Shown here piece after piece: positions 11,901 to 22,300 of a DNA stretch of 64,000 nucleotides. The notes under the pieces were generated by a model. The model was not told where the DNA came from and did not search any database. It was given only the letters and a program-made list of their open reading frames with translations. Every line of letters begins with the position of its first letter. Position 1 is the stretch's first letter. The translations under genes were made by a program, and so were the position numbers. Source of the DNA: Candidatus Woesearchaeota archaeon (lineage in GTDB: Archaea > Nanobdellota > Nanobdellia > Woesearchaeales > GW2011-AR15); assembly GCA_038874655.1 (NCBI GenBank), contig JAVZBY010000003.1, positions 57,326-121,325 of the forward strand. Direction: 5' to 3'.

Positions 11901-14900
11901 TAGCATTACAAGTCAAATTATTAAAAGTATAAGCAGGATCAGGCGTGATATAAGGATTATCATGTGTTGGTGCATCATTAAGTTTTATTTTCACACTTGA
12001 GCTGTTTTTAGTTATGCCATCCTGATAACCATCATTGGGTGTTATAGAACATTTCCATTCATCTTCAAAATTAGTATTTGTAAAAGATATAATATTACTT
12101 AATTTTCCTGAAATTCCTAAAAGATAATCATTATATATCTGCTGATCTGATAATACAAAATTATACACCTTAACCTCATCAATTGTACCATTAAAAAATT
12201 GTGTATTTGGTAAACCTATTCCCCCTCTTCTACCTATGTTGATAGATTTATTTACAGTATAAATAACATTACCATTTGCTTGCTTACTATTATCCAAAAC
12301 CCCATTTACATATAAAAGTAATTTCGAATTATCATATACTCCTACTATATAATACCATTTTCTTTTTCCTAATACTGTATTAGAGGTAATATTTTGAGAT
12401 GCAAAACCATTGTTATTCGATGCGAAAAACCTAACTCTACTTTCATTAGAAATTTGTAATCCATAGCCATCATCTCCCCCACCATCTTCATCAGTACTTA
12501 TAATCATTTGATAAGTATTATTATCAAAAAGATATATCCATGCAGAAACACTAAAATTATTATAAGGCCTTAAATTAGGATTTGAAGGAAAAACAATATA
12601 TTGATAATTTCCATTAAACACATAAGCACCTCCTATTATACCTGCAGTTGTGTCAAATGTAGCATTAACCACAGATGCATTAGTAAAACTTACATAATCT
12701 AATGTTGAACCATTTTTTGAATATGTTCCAGTTATTGAACCTCCTTCAAACGGCAAATACAACAAATAAATACTTTGATTATTTTTATACCAAGTAGTTA
12801 TATTTACAACTTGATCTCCCTCTGCATCAAAAACATTATTAGCATTACAAGTCAAATCACTAAAAATATTTGCTGGATTAGGTGTGATATAAGGATCATC
12901 ATGTGTTGGTGCAGAAGGATATATTTTAACAGAACTACTGTTTTTAGTTATCCCATCTACATAGCCATCATTTGGAGTTATAGAGCATTTAATTTCATCA
13001 TTTAATTTTAAATTTAAATATTTTAAATCTAAAAATTGTTCCTTATTTGAGAAAGAAAAAGGATAAATTATTGAATTAATATATGAAATAGAGAGAGGAA
13101 TATTAAAAATTTTAACTTCATCAATAATACCATTAAAAAATTCTGTATTAGGTTGATAAGTACCACCTATTCTACCTATATTTATAGAATTATTAACAGT
13201 ATATACTACATTTCCATTTCCTATTTTTCTACCAACTAATAAACCATTAATATAAAGAGATATTTCAGAATTATTATAAACTCCAACAATATTATACCAT
13301 ATATTTTTTCCTAAAGTAATATTTGAAGTTACATTTTGTAAAGCATAGCCATTAGAATTTAAAACTGCAAAGCTAACTCTTCCTTGATCAGTTATTCTTA
13401 AAAAATATCCATCATCATTACCTCCATCACTATCTGAAGAAATAATTGTTTGATTTGTATTATTTGAATTTAAACTTATCCAAACTGAGATACTAAAATT
13501 ATTATAAGGCCTTAAATCATTATTAGAAGGCACGGAGATATAATCATAATCCCCATCAAAAAAATATGCTCCTCCTATTATACCTGAAAACTGCAAATAT
13601 GTTGCATTTACTACACTAACATTTTTTAAAGAAACATAATCTCTTGTAGAACCATTTGAAAAATTATCGCCACTAGTTGAACCTCCTTCAAAAGGTAAAT
13701 TTAATGAATAAATACTTTTATTATTAATATACCATGTTGTTATGTTTCTAATAAAATGATCCTCATAATCTATTAGATTTGTAGTATCACAAAAGATTGT
13801 TTTATTTAAAGTTGGTGTTTGTGGGTTAATTTGTGGATTATCATGTATAGGTTCTGTATTATTAATAAAAAACCACAATCCTTCTTCGTAAAAATAAATT
13901 ATATCTGGAAACTCTCCTATTTCAGAGGAATATATAATTCTATCACTATTATTAAACTCTATACAATGAACTATTAGATCTATAGCTTGAGATGCTAAAA
14001 TATGATAATATACTGAAATATTATGTTCTCTAACAACACAAGATTGTGGTAAAGTAATATTGTTATTAAGATTAGAAATAATTTTAACATTGGTAACATT
14101 ATTTGGTTTATAATAAATTGAGGAGATATAATAATCATTTGCTTCACTACCAGTAAACCAATTACCATCAAAGAAAGCTTGTGCATTAACACATCCTCCT
14201 ACTGCATTACAACCACTTATATTACTAAATTCAACATAATAATAATAACTAGGATCATAAGCATAATCACTTACATAAGCTAAATCATTTTCAAACTCAA
14301 AAAGCAAAGTAGCATAACCAGCTTTAATCATGTAATTTTTTAGATAAGCAGTTTGATTACATTCAAAATTTGGAATAAACAATTTTTTGATTTTAACAGA
14401 GTTTTCAGATAAATCAGAGTAATTATAAGTGATATTATTAACATCAACTATTAATAATTTATCTAGGAGAGGGTAATTACCACAACTTAGGTTTAAAAAT
14501 AACATTTCATCAAAAGTTTGATTATTATCAACAGAGATTTCAGTCCAATTAGCATTAGTAGAGCTAATAGATAAATTAGCAATTCCGCTAGTATTAAAAG
14601 CCACAATCCATATTTCATTATCTTTTAGATAGGTGTAAGGATTCAGTACAATTATAGAAATTTCAAAAGTTTGATTACTTAGATGAGGCACAATCCATTC
14701 AATTTTATCAATTAAGCCATTATCATTAGTATCAAAATAATTAACATTTTCAAACAATATTTTCTGATCATCTTTAAACCAATAAACCTTTATATTTTCT
14801 TTTTTAGATTCTTTAATATTAGTATAAGCTAGGACATTTTCATAATGCAAATCTGATGAAATAACAACATGTTTTTTATTTTCATTTAATATAATTTCAT

Positions 14901-16416
14901 CAGCTTTAGGTGGTTCAGTATAGAAAGATAATTCTAAGATCTCACTTTCATGATTACTTTCAGATAAATTTTCAGAATCATTTTTCTCAAAGACTAAAAC
15001 AACATCATTAACATTATCTAAATTCAAGTTTATGTTATTAAGATTTTGTAATTCAGAATTAAGTTCATTCAATTTATTTAACAATAAATTAGCTTTATCT
15101 TTGCTTACAGGTTTTTCTAATTCTTTTAACTCTGATTTAATTTTTTTAACTTTATTAAATTGTTCAACATCAATTAAGTTTTTATCTGCATACACATATG
15201 GCTTAATATCATCATTACTAAAAGAGATGTTAAAAGCAGATTTAGGCAATATAGTATAATTAGTAATAGACAAATTAATTTTCTTTTTCCATAAAACTGG
15301 CTCATTAATTTTAGCACTATAATTAAAATCAATAACACCAATTTCCTCAGAACTTAGATTCAAAGTTAAATTAATTATTTGCAATGTTTCATTAACTAAA
15401 GTTTCATTCAAAGTTTCATTTAAGAAAGTTTCATTTAAACTCTCATTAACAAAAACATTTTCAATAAAAGTGTATTCAATTGAACTTAAATTTAAAACAG
15501 CATTCTCAACTATAATCTGTAAAACTATTTCATCGCCATAATTATACAATTTGCATGTTTCTAAACAATAATTACTGAATAAAAGCACTCTTTCTTCAAT
15601 AGTTATATTTTCACTAGCATTACTCTCTGTGATTGTTTCATTAATAATTATTTCTGGAATAATTACATCTGTAAAATTGGTTTCATTAAACTCATATGCT
15701 ATATTTGTATTGTTATCTATAATATTTTCTTCAATTATAGTTTCATTTAATATTGTTGTTTCATTTAAACTTTGATTTAAACTTATTTCAATTATTTCCT
15801 CATTAATAACTTCATGACTATTATTTAAAGAAATATTTTCTAAATTAGAACTTTCTCCAACAGAAAAATTTTCATTAATTATATTATTTTCTTCAATGGT
15901 TTGAGTTTCTTCTGTAATTTCAATTAACTCTTGATTATTAACAGAGGGATTAACCTCATTATTAGTTAAATTATTTTCTTGATTATATTCTTGAACAATA
16001 TCTTCAACAACTAAACCTGTTAAAATATTTTTTCTATTAAGTTCATTTGAATCAAAAACCAATTTTGAATTATTACTTTTATCAATCAATAAAACCTTTA
16101 CAGAACCATTTCCTATTATAGAACCAGTTATTTTTAGAGATGTTAAATTTCCATTAACATTAAATCTTAGAACATTATTATCATAAAACTCTTGATTAAC
16201 ATTAATAACTTCTTTTATTTCTGTATTGCCAAAAATTAAAAACCCTGTTAAATTTTGACCAAATAAATTATAAAATAAACCTATTGAAAATATTGTTATT
16301 ATAAATAATAACACATACGACTCATGCTTCATTAACCTCTTTATTTTTCTATCTCTTTGCTCTCTCCTCTCTGCCTCTCTAATTGCCTTTATAAACTCTT
16401 GTAAGGGTGATGTCAT
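8959..16416 (-). CDS. Giant (2485 aa) surface adhesin with three LamG/ConA-like domains, a beta-propeller and a C-terminal pilin-like domain
   Basis: SISVWI...W.HL...LYING...IG...FNG.IDEVKI repeated three times; VDS..NIYVAG propeller repeats; many NxS/T sequons. Confidence 0.85.
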   Translation of the reverse strand: MTSPLQEFIKAIREAERREQRDRKIKRLMKHESYVLLFIITIFSIGLFYNLFGQNLTGFLIFGNTEIKEVINVNQEFYDNNVLRFNVNGNLTSLKITGSIIGNGSVKVLLIDKSNNSKLVFDSNELNRKNILTGLVVEDIVQEYNQENNLTNNEVNPSVNNQELIEITEETQTIEENNIINENFSVGESSNLENISLNNSHEVINEEIIEISLNQSLNETTILNETIIEENIIDNNTNIAYEFNETNFTDVIIPEIIINETITESNASENITIEERVLLFSNYCLETCKLYNYGDEIVLQIIVENAVLNLSSIEYTFIENVFVNESLNETFLNETLNETLVNETLQIINLTLNLSSEEIGVIDFNYSAKINEPVLWKKKINLSITNYTILPKSAFNISFSNDDIKPYVYADKNLIDVEQFNKVKKIKSELKELEKPVSKDKANLLLNKLNELNSELQNLNNINLNLDNVNDVVLVFEKNDSENLSESNHESEILELSFYTEPPKADEIILNENKKHVVISSDLHYENVLAYTNIKESKKENIKVYWFKDDQKILFENVNYFDTNDNGLIDKIEWIVPHLSNQTFEISIIVLNPYTYLKDNEIWIVAFNTSGIANLSISSTNANWTEISVDNNQTFDEMLFLNLSCGNYPLLDKLLIVDVNNITYNYSDLSENSVKIKKLFIPNFECNQTAYLKNYMIKAGYATLLFEFENDLAYVSDYAYDPSYYYYVEFSNISGCNAVGGCVNAQAFFDGNWFTGSEANDYYISSIYYKPNNVTNVKIISNLNNNITLPQSCVVREHNISVYYHILASQAIDLIVHCIEFNNSDRIIYSSEIGEFPDIIYFYEEGLWFFINNTEPIHDNPQINPQTPTLNKTIFCDTTNLIDYEDHFIRNITTWYINNKSIYSLNLPFEGGSTSGDNFSNGSTRDYVSLKNVSVVNATYLQFSGIIGGAYFFDGDYDYISVPSNNDLRPYNNFSISVWISLNSNNTNQTIISSDSDGGNDDGYFLRITDQGRVSFAVLNSNGYALQNVTSNITLGKNIWYNIVGVYNNSEISLYINGLLVGRKIGNGNVVYTVNNSINIGRIGGTYQPNTEFFNGIIDEVKIFNIPLSISYINSIIYPFSFSNKEQFLDLKYLNLKLNDEIKCSITPNDGYVDGITKNSSSVKIYPSAPTHDDPYITPNPANIFSDLTCNANNVFDAEGDQVVNITTWYKNNQSIYLLYLPFEGGSITGTYSKNGSTLDYVSFTNASVVNATFDTTAGIIGGAYVFNGNYQYIVFPSNPNLRPYNNFSVSAWIYLFDNNTYQMIISTDEDGGGDDGYGLQISNESRVRFFASNNNGFASQNITSNTVLGKRKWYYIVGVYDNSKLLLYVNGVLDNSKQANGNVIYTVNKSINIGRRGGIGLPNTQFFNGTIDEVKVYNFVLSDQQIYNDYLLGISGKLSNIISFTNTNFEDEWKCSITPNDGYQDGITKNSSSVKIKLNDAPTHDNPYITPDPAYTFNNLTCNANNVFDADGDQVVNITTWYKNNQSIYLLYLPFEGGSNNTFTKDYSGYNTSINFSNNLNWSRKFGKVFGGYNFNGTNFIYVNNTNLLKSNNISISLWIKPTRFDVIDNILSNGIYSIFLLNGYPGVSLNENNKNKTLYEFRKNYFLNDLNDDTYYEYLTDLIVDNEDNFIAVGAGNNNPYSIDQIIMKFSPNGTLLFNYTYPNLGHDRYLGVDVDSRNNIYVAGYIYDSVVGHSHYLVKYNSTGTYLWNRTFNPTSGTDLYNDVLVYNDTLIIAVGIKATTVYDWFVSAFNENGVNLWNYTPQISSGIDSANIIVKALDGSYYIGGYDQLLGNFQYRIVKFSPTGVNLFNITTNPTIYNDTLQDMKVDSEDNLIIAGIANQPIDSYINVMKFDKNGNNLWNYILNPTPFNDSIQKILIDSNNDIYGLGFYWLNSTNNVIFVFKLNKTGSQVYNFTLDLSNYKDVFQVGTFDSRENLILGGRYSINTTDSALIIRKFGNEVISNETIKQNNWTHLLLTLNRDIFKLYVNGMNKNSSQVNSNISNSILNLVIGASSGLSNWALHNTGKAPYNGFIDEIKIYNYILSDEEILNEYNYGILNRTNNELLRYAFNLNDELICSVTPNDGYQDGITKNSTKVRINLNSPPRVSNIQILPNEPNTTSNLNCYATIVDDLNTSLRVEYFWYNGTNLFSSGNVSVNNNTNTLISFIASSNTKKNEIWNCTIKAYDGIDSSNYNSTKTTIVNSPPTIPILITPTNNNHTIHERKPLFLFNSSDLDYDDINYTINISFSSTFECGPDVSINVSDTSYQPNYDFCVDRLINWSVRAYDGFNYSLWSLAWNFTIESFLSINLTVNSIDFGIMNILESKDTDNGYPPLIIENNGNIVVNITRIGANQSPFIMAPLNTIYFRYKADNTSEMPSFDYANSQTEWANMTDISISNSTLLRNLNYSDEHDTAQIDINITVPMYEPGGPKYVTIYIVGEQA
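11801..12857. repeat. Intragenic direct repeat of 118 bp (11801-11918 and 12740-12857), one mismatch
   Basis: cctccttcaaacggcaaatacaac...attacaagtcaaat occurs twice. Confidence 0.9.
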
Positions 16417-16628
16417 TTTTTATCACCCCTCTTCTTCTTTAATGCCCTATTATATATTGTCCAAATAGTTCTATCATCTCTATTCAAAGAATCTGCAATA
16501 TCATGATAACTCATATTAAGAGTTTCTTTCATGTAAAAAACAACAGATTCCATAAAAGAAAAATCTCTATTATTAAATATAGACAGAGGTATATTTATTT
16601 CATTATTATTCTTTTTACCCACCCTCAC
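16413..16628 (-). CDS. Small HTH protein (sigma-70 region 4-like), likely regulator
   Basis: MSYHDIADSLNRDDRTIWTIYNRA HTH pattern; first gene of the surface operon. Confidence 0.7.
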   Translation of the reverse strand: MRVGKKNNNEINIPLSIFNNRDFSFMESVVFYMKETLNMSYHDIADSLNRDDRTIWTIYNRALKKKRGDKK

Positions 16629-16636
16629 AAGAAATA

Positions 16637-16741
16637 ACTTACATTGTAAGTATTTATACTTTTTGGTTTTTTACTTACATTGTAAGTATTATAAAAAAAT
16701 AAATTAAAATAAAAAATAAAATATTTACTTACAATGTAAGT
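16637..16741. promoter_or_regulatory. Three copies of palindrome ACTTACA-W-TGTAAGT (16637-16651, 16673-16687, 16727-16741)
   Basis: Exact 15-bp dyads; copies 1 and 2 flank a minus-strand TATA (TATAAATA, 16651-16658). Confidence 0.85.
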
Positions 16742-16819
16742 ATAAATCAATTTAAAAAATCAAACAAAAAACTCAGTAAATTATTTAAATTAATATCTAA
16801 TCCATTAATAAATATTAAT

Positions 16820-16892
16820 GCCTCGATAGCTTAGTAGGTAGAGCGATGGACTGTTAATCCATAGGTCGCCAGTTCGAGTCTGGCTCGAGGCG
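16820..16892 (+). tRNA. tRNA-Asn(GTT)
   Basis: Acceptor GCCTCGA/TCGAGGC, anticodon arm ATGGA-CTGTTAA-TCCAT, T-loop TTCGAGT; CCA not encoded. Confidence 0.96.
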
Positions 16893-16932
16893 CTTTTTAA
16901 AAAATTTTTTAGAAAAAACATAAAATTTCTTT

Positions 16933-19149
16933 TTAAATATTTCCAACTAAGTTTGTATTTTGAAGAACTGTTGCTGCAATTAAATTAAAAACCAAAATCA
17001 CAAAAAAAGCAATTAAACAATAAAGTAAACCACTTTTTTTAAAATAAACACCTAACAAATATTTTTCATTCAAAGGGTCATAACCATTTTCAATAGTATT
17101 TAACATAGTTGTTAATAAATATGTTACTTGAATTATATAAATTCCAATAACAACTTGAAAATAAAAACTAGGGATTGAGTCTCTAAACAAATCTAACATT
17201 GAACCAAATTGTTGTGCATTTGCAGCACCACCTGCTTCTCTAGTTAAAATATCCATTTGAGCAGATAATTTATTTAATATTGTTGTTATCATGGATGTCA
17301 AACCTATGACAACACCCGCAATTAAAGGCGCTAAAAAACTTATTTGACTTTTCATACTACTAGTAATTTCTGACATTAAATCCTTTAATCTTTCTTCAAC
17401 TTTATGCATTTCTTTAACATAATTAGAAATATTTATCAACGCCTCAGATGCAATCAAAGGTCCTTTTTTTGCACTTTCCACAAAAACTTTCATAGAACTC
17501 TGAATCAATGCAGATGGAAACTTATTAATTGCACCATATTTTTTATCAAAAATAGCATCTTCAACACCCATTCCCAAATTAGAAATATTATTATAAACTA
17601 ATTCAAAAAATTTTCCTGCATTAGTATTTTGAGTGATTTGGCTTACTTTATAGAAAGCAATCTCAGCAGGCAACCCATCTCCTACTCTATTTCCTAATTG
17701 AAACAAAGCTGCAGCAAACTCATTTTCTAACTCTCTTGTTTTATTCCTAATTTCAATTAATTTTCTAGTATAAGTTAAATAATAGAAACTCAACCCTAGT
17801 GTTAATCCTAAAGGCAATAAAATACTCAAAAGTGTTGAAAAAATTCCATAAGGTCCAATTATCTTACCTTGACTATTTTCTTTATAACCTAAAAAAGTAA
17901 AAGAATATTCTTTTACTTTGTCCATTGAAGTTATTATCTCAAAATCATAATCATTTGTTAAACCAATATCCCAATAACTACCTGAAAGATTATTAATCCC
18001 ATAAATAACTAAAGGTAAGAAAGCTATAAAAACAAAAAAACCAGTTATCCCTAATGAAATCCATAAAGGATTTACTCTATATTCTTTATTAAAAAACTTA
18101 ATATTCAAATATGCATATTTCTTTAACTCTTCATTAACCTCAGTAATATCTGCTTGTCCATAACCACTTGGTCTTGTAGACAAAATAATCTTGCCGAAAT
18201 ACCATACAAGCAAAGGCAAAAAGAGATTATATAAAATAGCAATATGATACCATTCAACACCTCCTAAAAAACCAACAACTAAAGGCAAAATAACTAAACC
18301 TAATATTGGCAAAATAACACCTAACATATGTAAAGTTGTTATAGGGCTTTTTAATTCCTGTGCAAAGTGAAGCATTTTTTCATAAGTTGATTCTAACATA
18401 ACTGACATTGCTTTTTCTAAAGATTCAAGTCTCTTTTTTTCACTTGGCTCATATAAAGAAGCTTCAATCAAATGCATACTTTCAACAAACTCCATATTAT
18501 ATTTTTTCCATCTTTCTAAATAATTATCTAAGGAATCTTTCAATGAATGAAACTTTCCTGTTTCTAAATTCCAAATAATTTTTTTAAAATCAATACTTAA
18601 AGGAGGTTGTAAATGATCAGAAGTAAATTTTATTGCTAATTCTAGATTTGAAGTATGTCTCATAAAAGAAACAATATAAAAAATAGACATAACCATCTGA
18701 TTGCTTGCTTTTAATCGCCAAGAATTAGCCATAATAAATGGTAAATTCATTAAGGGAATAATTGAAATAAAACCAAAAAAAAGCCAAACCATAATAAAAA
18801 AGACTATGCCTTCGCCATTAAAAAGCAAGCCATTAATTAAAAAAGTTAATAATATTGAAATTAAAACAAAACTTAAAGGAACTAAAACAGCAAAAGAATT
18901 AACTCCTTCTGGAGTAGTTTTTAAATGACATGTTTCTAAGGCTTCTTCAATCTCCTTTCTTTTTTTCTCATCTACTTTAAAAGATATTATCTTTGCACAG
19001 AAATTACAAGATTTTTCATAAAAAGAATAATGACTAGGCAAAATCTCGTTTTCAAAATCTTGAAAATCATCTGTCTTAACCCCTAAATTTTGATTTTTAT
19101 ATCTTTTTGTAAATTCTTCTATCTCTTTTTTAATTTGCTCTTCGTCCAA
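16933..19149 (-). CDS. Type II secretion system F / TadC-ArlJ-like pilus platform membrane protein
   Basis: Multi-TM protein with two T2SSF-like soluble segments (NLELAI..PLS.DF; ALFQLGNRVGDGLPAEIA). Confidence 0.75.
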   Translation of the reverse strand: MDEEQIKKEIEEFTKRYKNQNLGVKTDDFQDFENEILPSHYSFYEKSCNFCAKIISFKVDEKKRKEIEEALETCHLKTTPEGVNSFAVLVPLSFVLISILLTFLINGLLFNGEGIVFFIMVWLFFGFISIIPLMNLPFIMANSWRLKASNQMVMSIFYIVSFMRHTSNLELAIKFTSDHLQPPLSIDFKKIIWNLETGKFHSLKDSLDNYLERWKKYNMEFVESMHLIEASLYEPSEKKRLESLEKAMSVMLESTYEKMLHFAQELKSPITTLHMLGVILPILGLVILPLVVGFLGGVEWYHIAILYNLFLPLLVWYFGKIILSTRPSGYGQADITEVNEELKKYAYLNIKFFNKEYRVNPLWISLGITGFFVFIAFLPLVIYGINNLSGSYWDIGLTNDYDFEIITSMDKVKEYSFTFLGYKENSQGKIIGPYGIFSTLLSILLPLGLTLGLSFYYLTYTRKLIEIRNKTRELENEFAAALFQLGNRVGDGLPAEIAFYKVSQITQNTNAGKFFELVYNNISNLGMGVEDAIFDKKYGAINKFPSALIQSSMKVFVESAKKGPLIASEALINISNYVKEMHKVEERLKDLMSEITSSMKSQISFLAPLIAGVVIGLTSMITTILNKLSAQMDILTREAGGAANAQQFGSMLDLFRDSIPSFYFQVVIGIYIIQVTYLLTTMLNTIENGYDPLNEKYLLGVYFKKSGLLYCLIAFFVILVFNLIAATVLQNTNLVGNI

Positions 19150-19378
19150 TTTAAGCCTCTTTTTTTAAAAAAATTATATTCAAATAAGGTAAGAAATTGC
19201 CATTTAAAAGGATTTCTATAAAAAATGAGAATCCATAAAATAAATAATTGCAAAAGAATGTATTTTTTATAAATCCTCAATTTTTTATAATTAAATAAAA
19301 TTATAATAAAATTTTTATACTAACATTCATAATCTAATAATTGGTAAAAAAAATTGTAAAATAAAAAAGGAGTTAAAA

Positions 19379-22300
19379 ATGAAAAAAAATCAAGTTTCTA
19401 TTTTTTTAATAATTGGTATTATGATTATAACACTCGTTTTATCGATAATCTTATTAAATAAAGATAATAAAGTTGGTTCTACCTATAGTTCTGTATTATT
19501 TACAACAAAAATACAAGAATATTCCAATTTTAGAGATTTATGCATTGAGAAATCAGTTAATAACGCATTAACATATAATCTCATAAAAGAAGAAAACAAA
19601 AAAGATATAGAGAATTACATTAAATATTATCTATATTATTGCTTATTAGATAGCCCATTAAAAAACACTGATTACAATATACAAATAGAAACTCCTTTAA
19701 GTAAAGATTATATTATAGAAGTTAATATTTATGAAGACAGTATTCATGTAAAAGGAGAATTACCTATAAAAGTTAGTTATCAAGATAATAATAAAGAATT
19801 TAAAAAATTTGAATATATCTTAAAAAAAGAAAAAATTGAAAAAATAAAAGAAAGTCAAAAATTTAATTTAATATCTACAGATAAATATTTCATACTTCAA
19901 ATACCAGAGAACACTAAAATTTATTCAAAGGATAATTTTCAGATTGACTTATTAAGTGCAAAATTTGATGATAAAGAAAAAATATCCCAAAACCCTTATT
20001 TAGAAGGAACAAAAGTATATTATATAACAGATTCAAAATTTAGCAATAAAGTAAAAGCATGTATTAATTATATTGAAGATATGTTAAATGAAGATAGTGA
20101 TGAAAAAAATCTTGCACTAGCATGGTATGATGAAGAAAGAAAAGTTTGGGTTGCAAGAGAAAGTGAGATAAATACAAAAAACAAAATAATTTGTGCAGAT
20201 TTTGATCATTTTAGTCCAGTTGCTTTAGTAAAAAATACTTACACTGAAGAAAAAAATAAAGAAAAAACTTTAAAATGGGATTTTTTTATAGAACACATAC
20301 ATAGACCATGTTCTTCTTCACCTGATAATATCCCAAAAGGAAAAATAATTGAACAAAGACCAGAAATAGATAAAAGATACACCGGATTATTTAACAAAAA
20401 TATTGGAACAAAAGAATATGAAGAATTTTATGAAACTAGATGGAAATTTAATGATTTTAAAGAAAAAGATGAAAGAGATGCCCCACATAGATATGGTGTT
20501 TATGCTACTCCACAAATGTATCAAACATTATTAATAAGAGGACATGACAATTTAAATACTGAATATATTCATATTTCAGGGATTAGAGCATTAAAAAGTG
20601 AATTATATAATGAACAAAATATTTGGAAATTTGAAGATTTAAATGAAAATCAAGAGATTAATATACAGGAAACAAAAAATGATAGAATAACGGGAAGTGA
20701 TATGAGTTTAATAAAATATAAATATAGTAATATAAATGATTGGATAATAATTCCTAGCTTTGAACCTAATGAACATGCTGAATTATCTATTGAAGATTGG
20801 GATGATGATGATTTATATTCAATAACAGATAATTATTGTGATGATAAACCCTGTCTAAAATGTATTGATATAACTAATGATAAAAATGCTATTGAAGTAT
20901 CTTGTGATTTATATAAAGAAGATTGCCTAAAAAAATGTAAATCAAAAGCAAAAGAAATTTATTTAGAATTCGAAAAAAAAGGTTGGGCTCCTTGGAATCC
21001 AAGTAATGATGGTATTTTAGATTATAAATATATATCTAAAGAGCAATTAATTCCTAACTTAGTAGAATGTAAAATAGAACATGGAACAGTTATTGGAACA
21101 ATTATTGATTGTAATATTGACGAAACTGATATAGCTACACCAATGTTTTGGGGTTATGGAAATAAAAAAACAGGATTAAGATCTAGTCAAGGTAATTATA
21201 AAGATAGCCCAGATTTTGGTTATGAAGGTGCTGGAAATAATGATCATCCTGTCACTTATGATTTTGAGATAATTTCACCTATATGTGATGAAACTGAAGC
21301 AAAATTAAAAATAAAATGTTCTGAAAAAGACTTATGTATTATTAATTTAAACAACCACGAATTTAGATGTGAAAATAAAGAATGTATCATGGATGTGAAA
21401 AACCTATTAATAGGATCTGAAAAAGGGAAAAACAAAATAACAGGTTATGTAATAAACAAAAGAGAAAGTCAAGATGTCTGTGCTTATGTTTCTGCTGAAT
21501 TAATATTAACTGAGTGCCCTTCAAAAGAAAAAATAGAATGTGGTGATGGAATTATTAATCAAAACTGGGAACAATGTGATATTAATCCAGAAGGAATTGG
21601 AAAAGAATGTGATAATGGACAATGTATAATGTCAGGTGATTTAAAATGCACATGTCCTTCCATAGGAGTTTATTGTGGTGATGGAATTATTAATCAAAAA
21701 TTTGAGCAATGCGATTTAAAACCTGATGGTTCAGGAGTTAATTGTCAAAAAGGGATTTGTATAATGACTAGCAAACAAAGATGTATATGTAAAGAAGAAA
21801 AAAATTACTGCGGTGATAACATAATTCAAAGACCTAATGATGATGGTTTTATTGAAGAATGTGATGGCACAGATGACAAATCTTGTCCTGGACAATGTAA
21901 AAGTGATTGTACTTGTCCTAATAGCATAAATACTTTATGTAAGGTGTGTCATTGGGATCAAGGCCAACCTGGTTGTTTTAGAGAATATACCTCTAATTGC
22001 CCAAACTCTTGGAATGGACACAATTCACATCAGTATGATATACTCGTTTGTGATCCTAACAATCCTCCAATATATTCAAATGGCAAAAAGGTTGATCCTT
22101 CAGAATGCAAACCTGAGTCTTTATGTAATCCAAAATGTTATGGAACAGGTTTATGTAATAAAAATAATATATGTGATTATAAAGAAAGTTGTGATAATTG
22201 TCCTCAAGATTGTGGAAAATGTCCATCTCCTACACCCCAACCTAATGAATGCAAAAAAAATGAAATAAAATGTGGAAACTATTGTTGTAGTAGTAATGAA

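Noticed and set aside
16820-16892. tRNA-Asn as integration site for the surface operon
   Set aside because: No integrase and no duplicated tRNA 3' end seen
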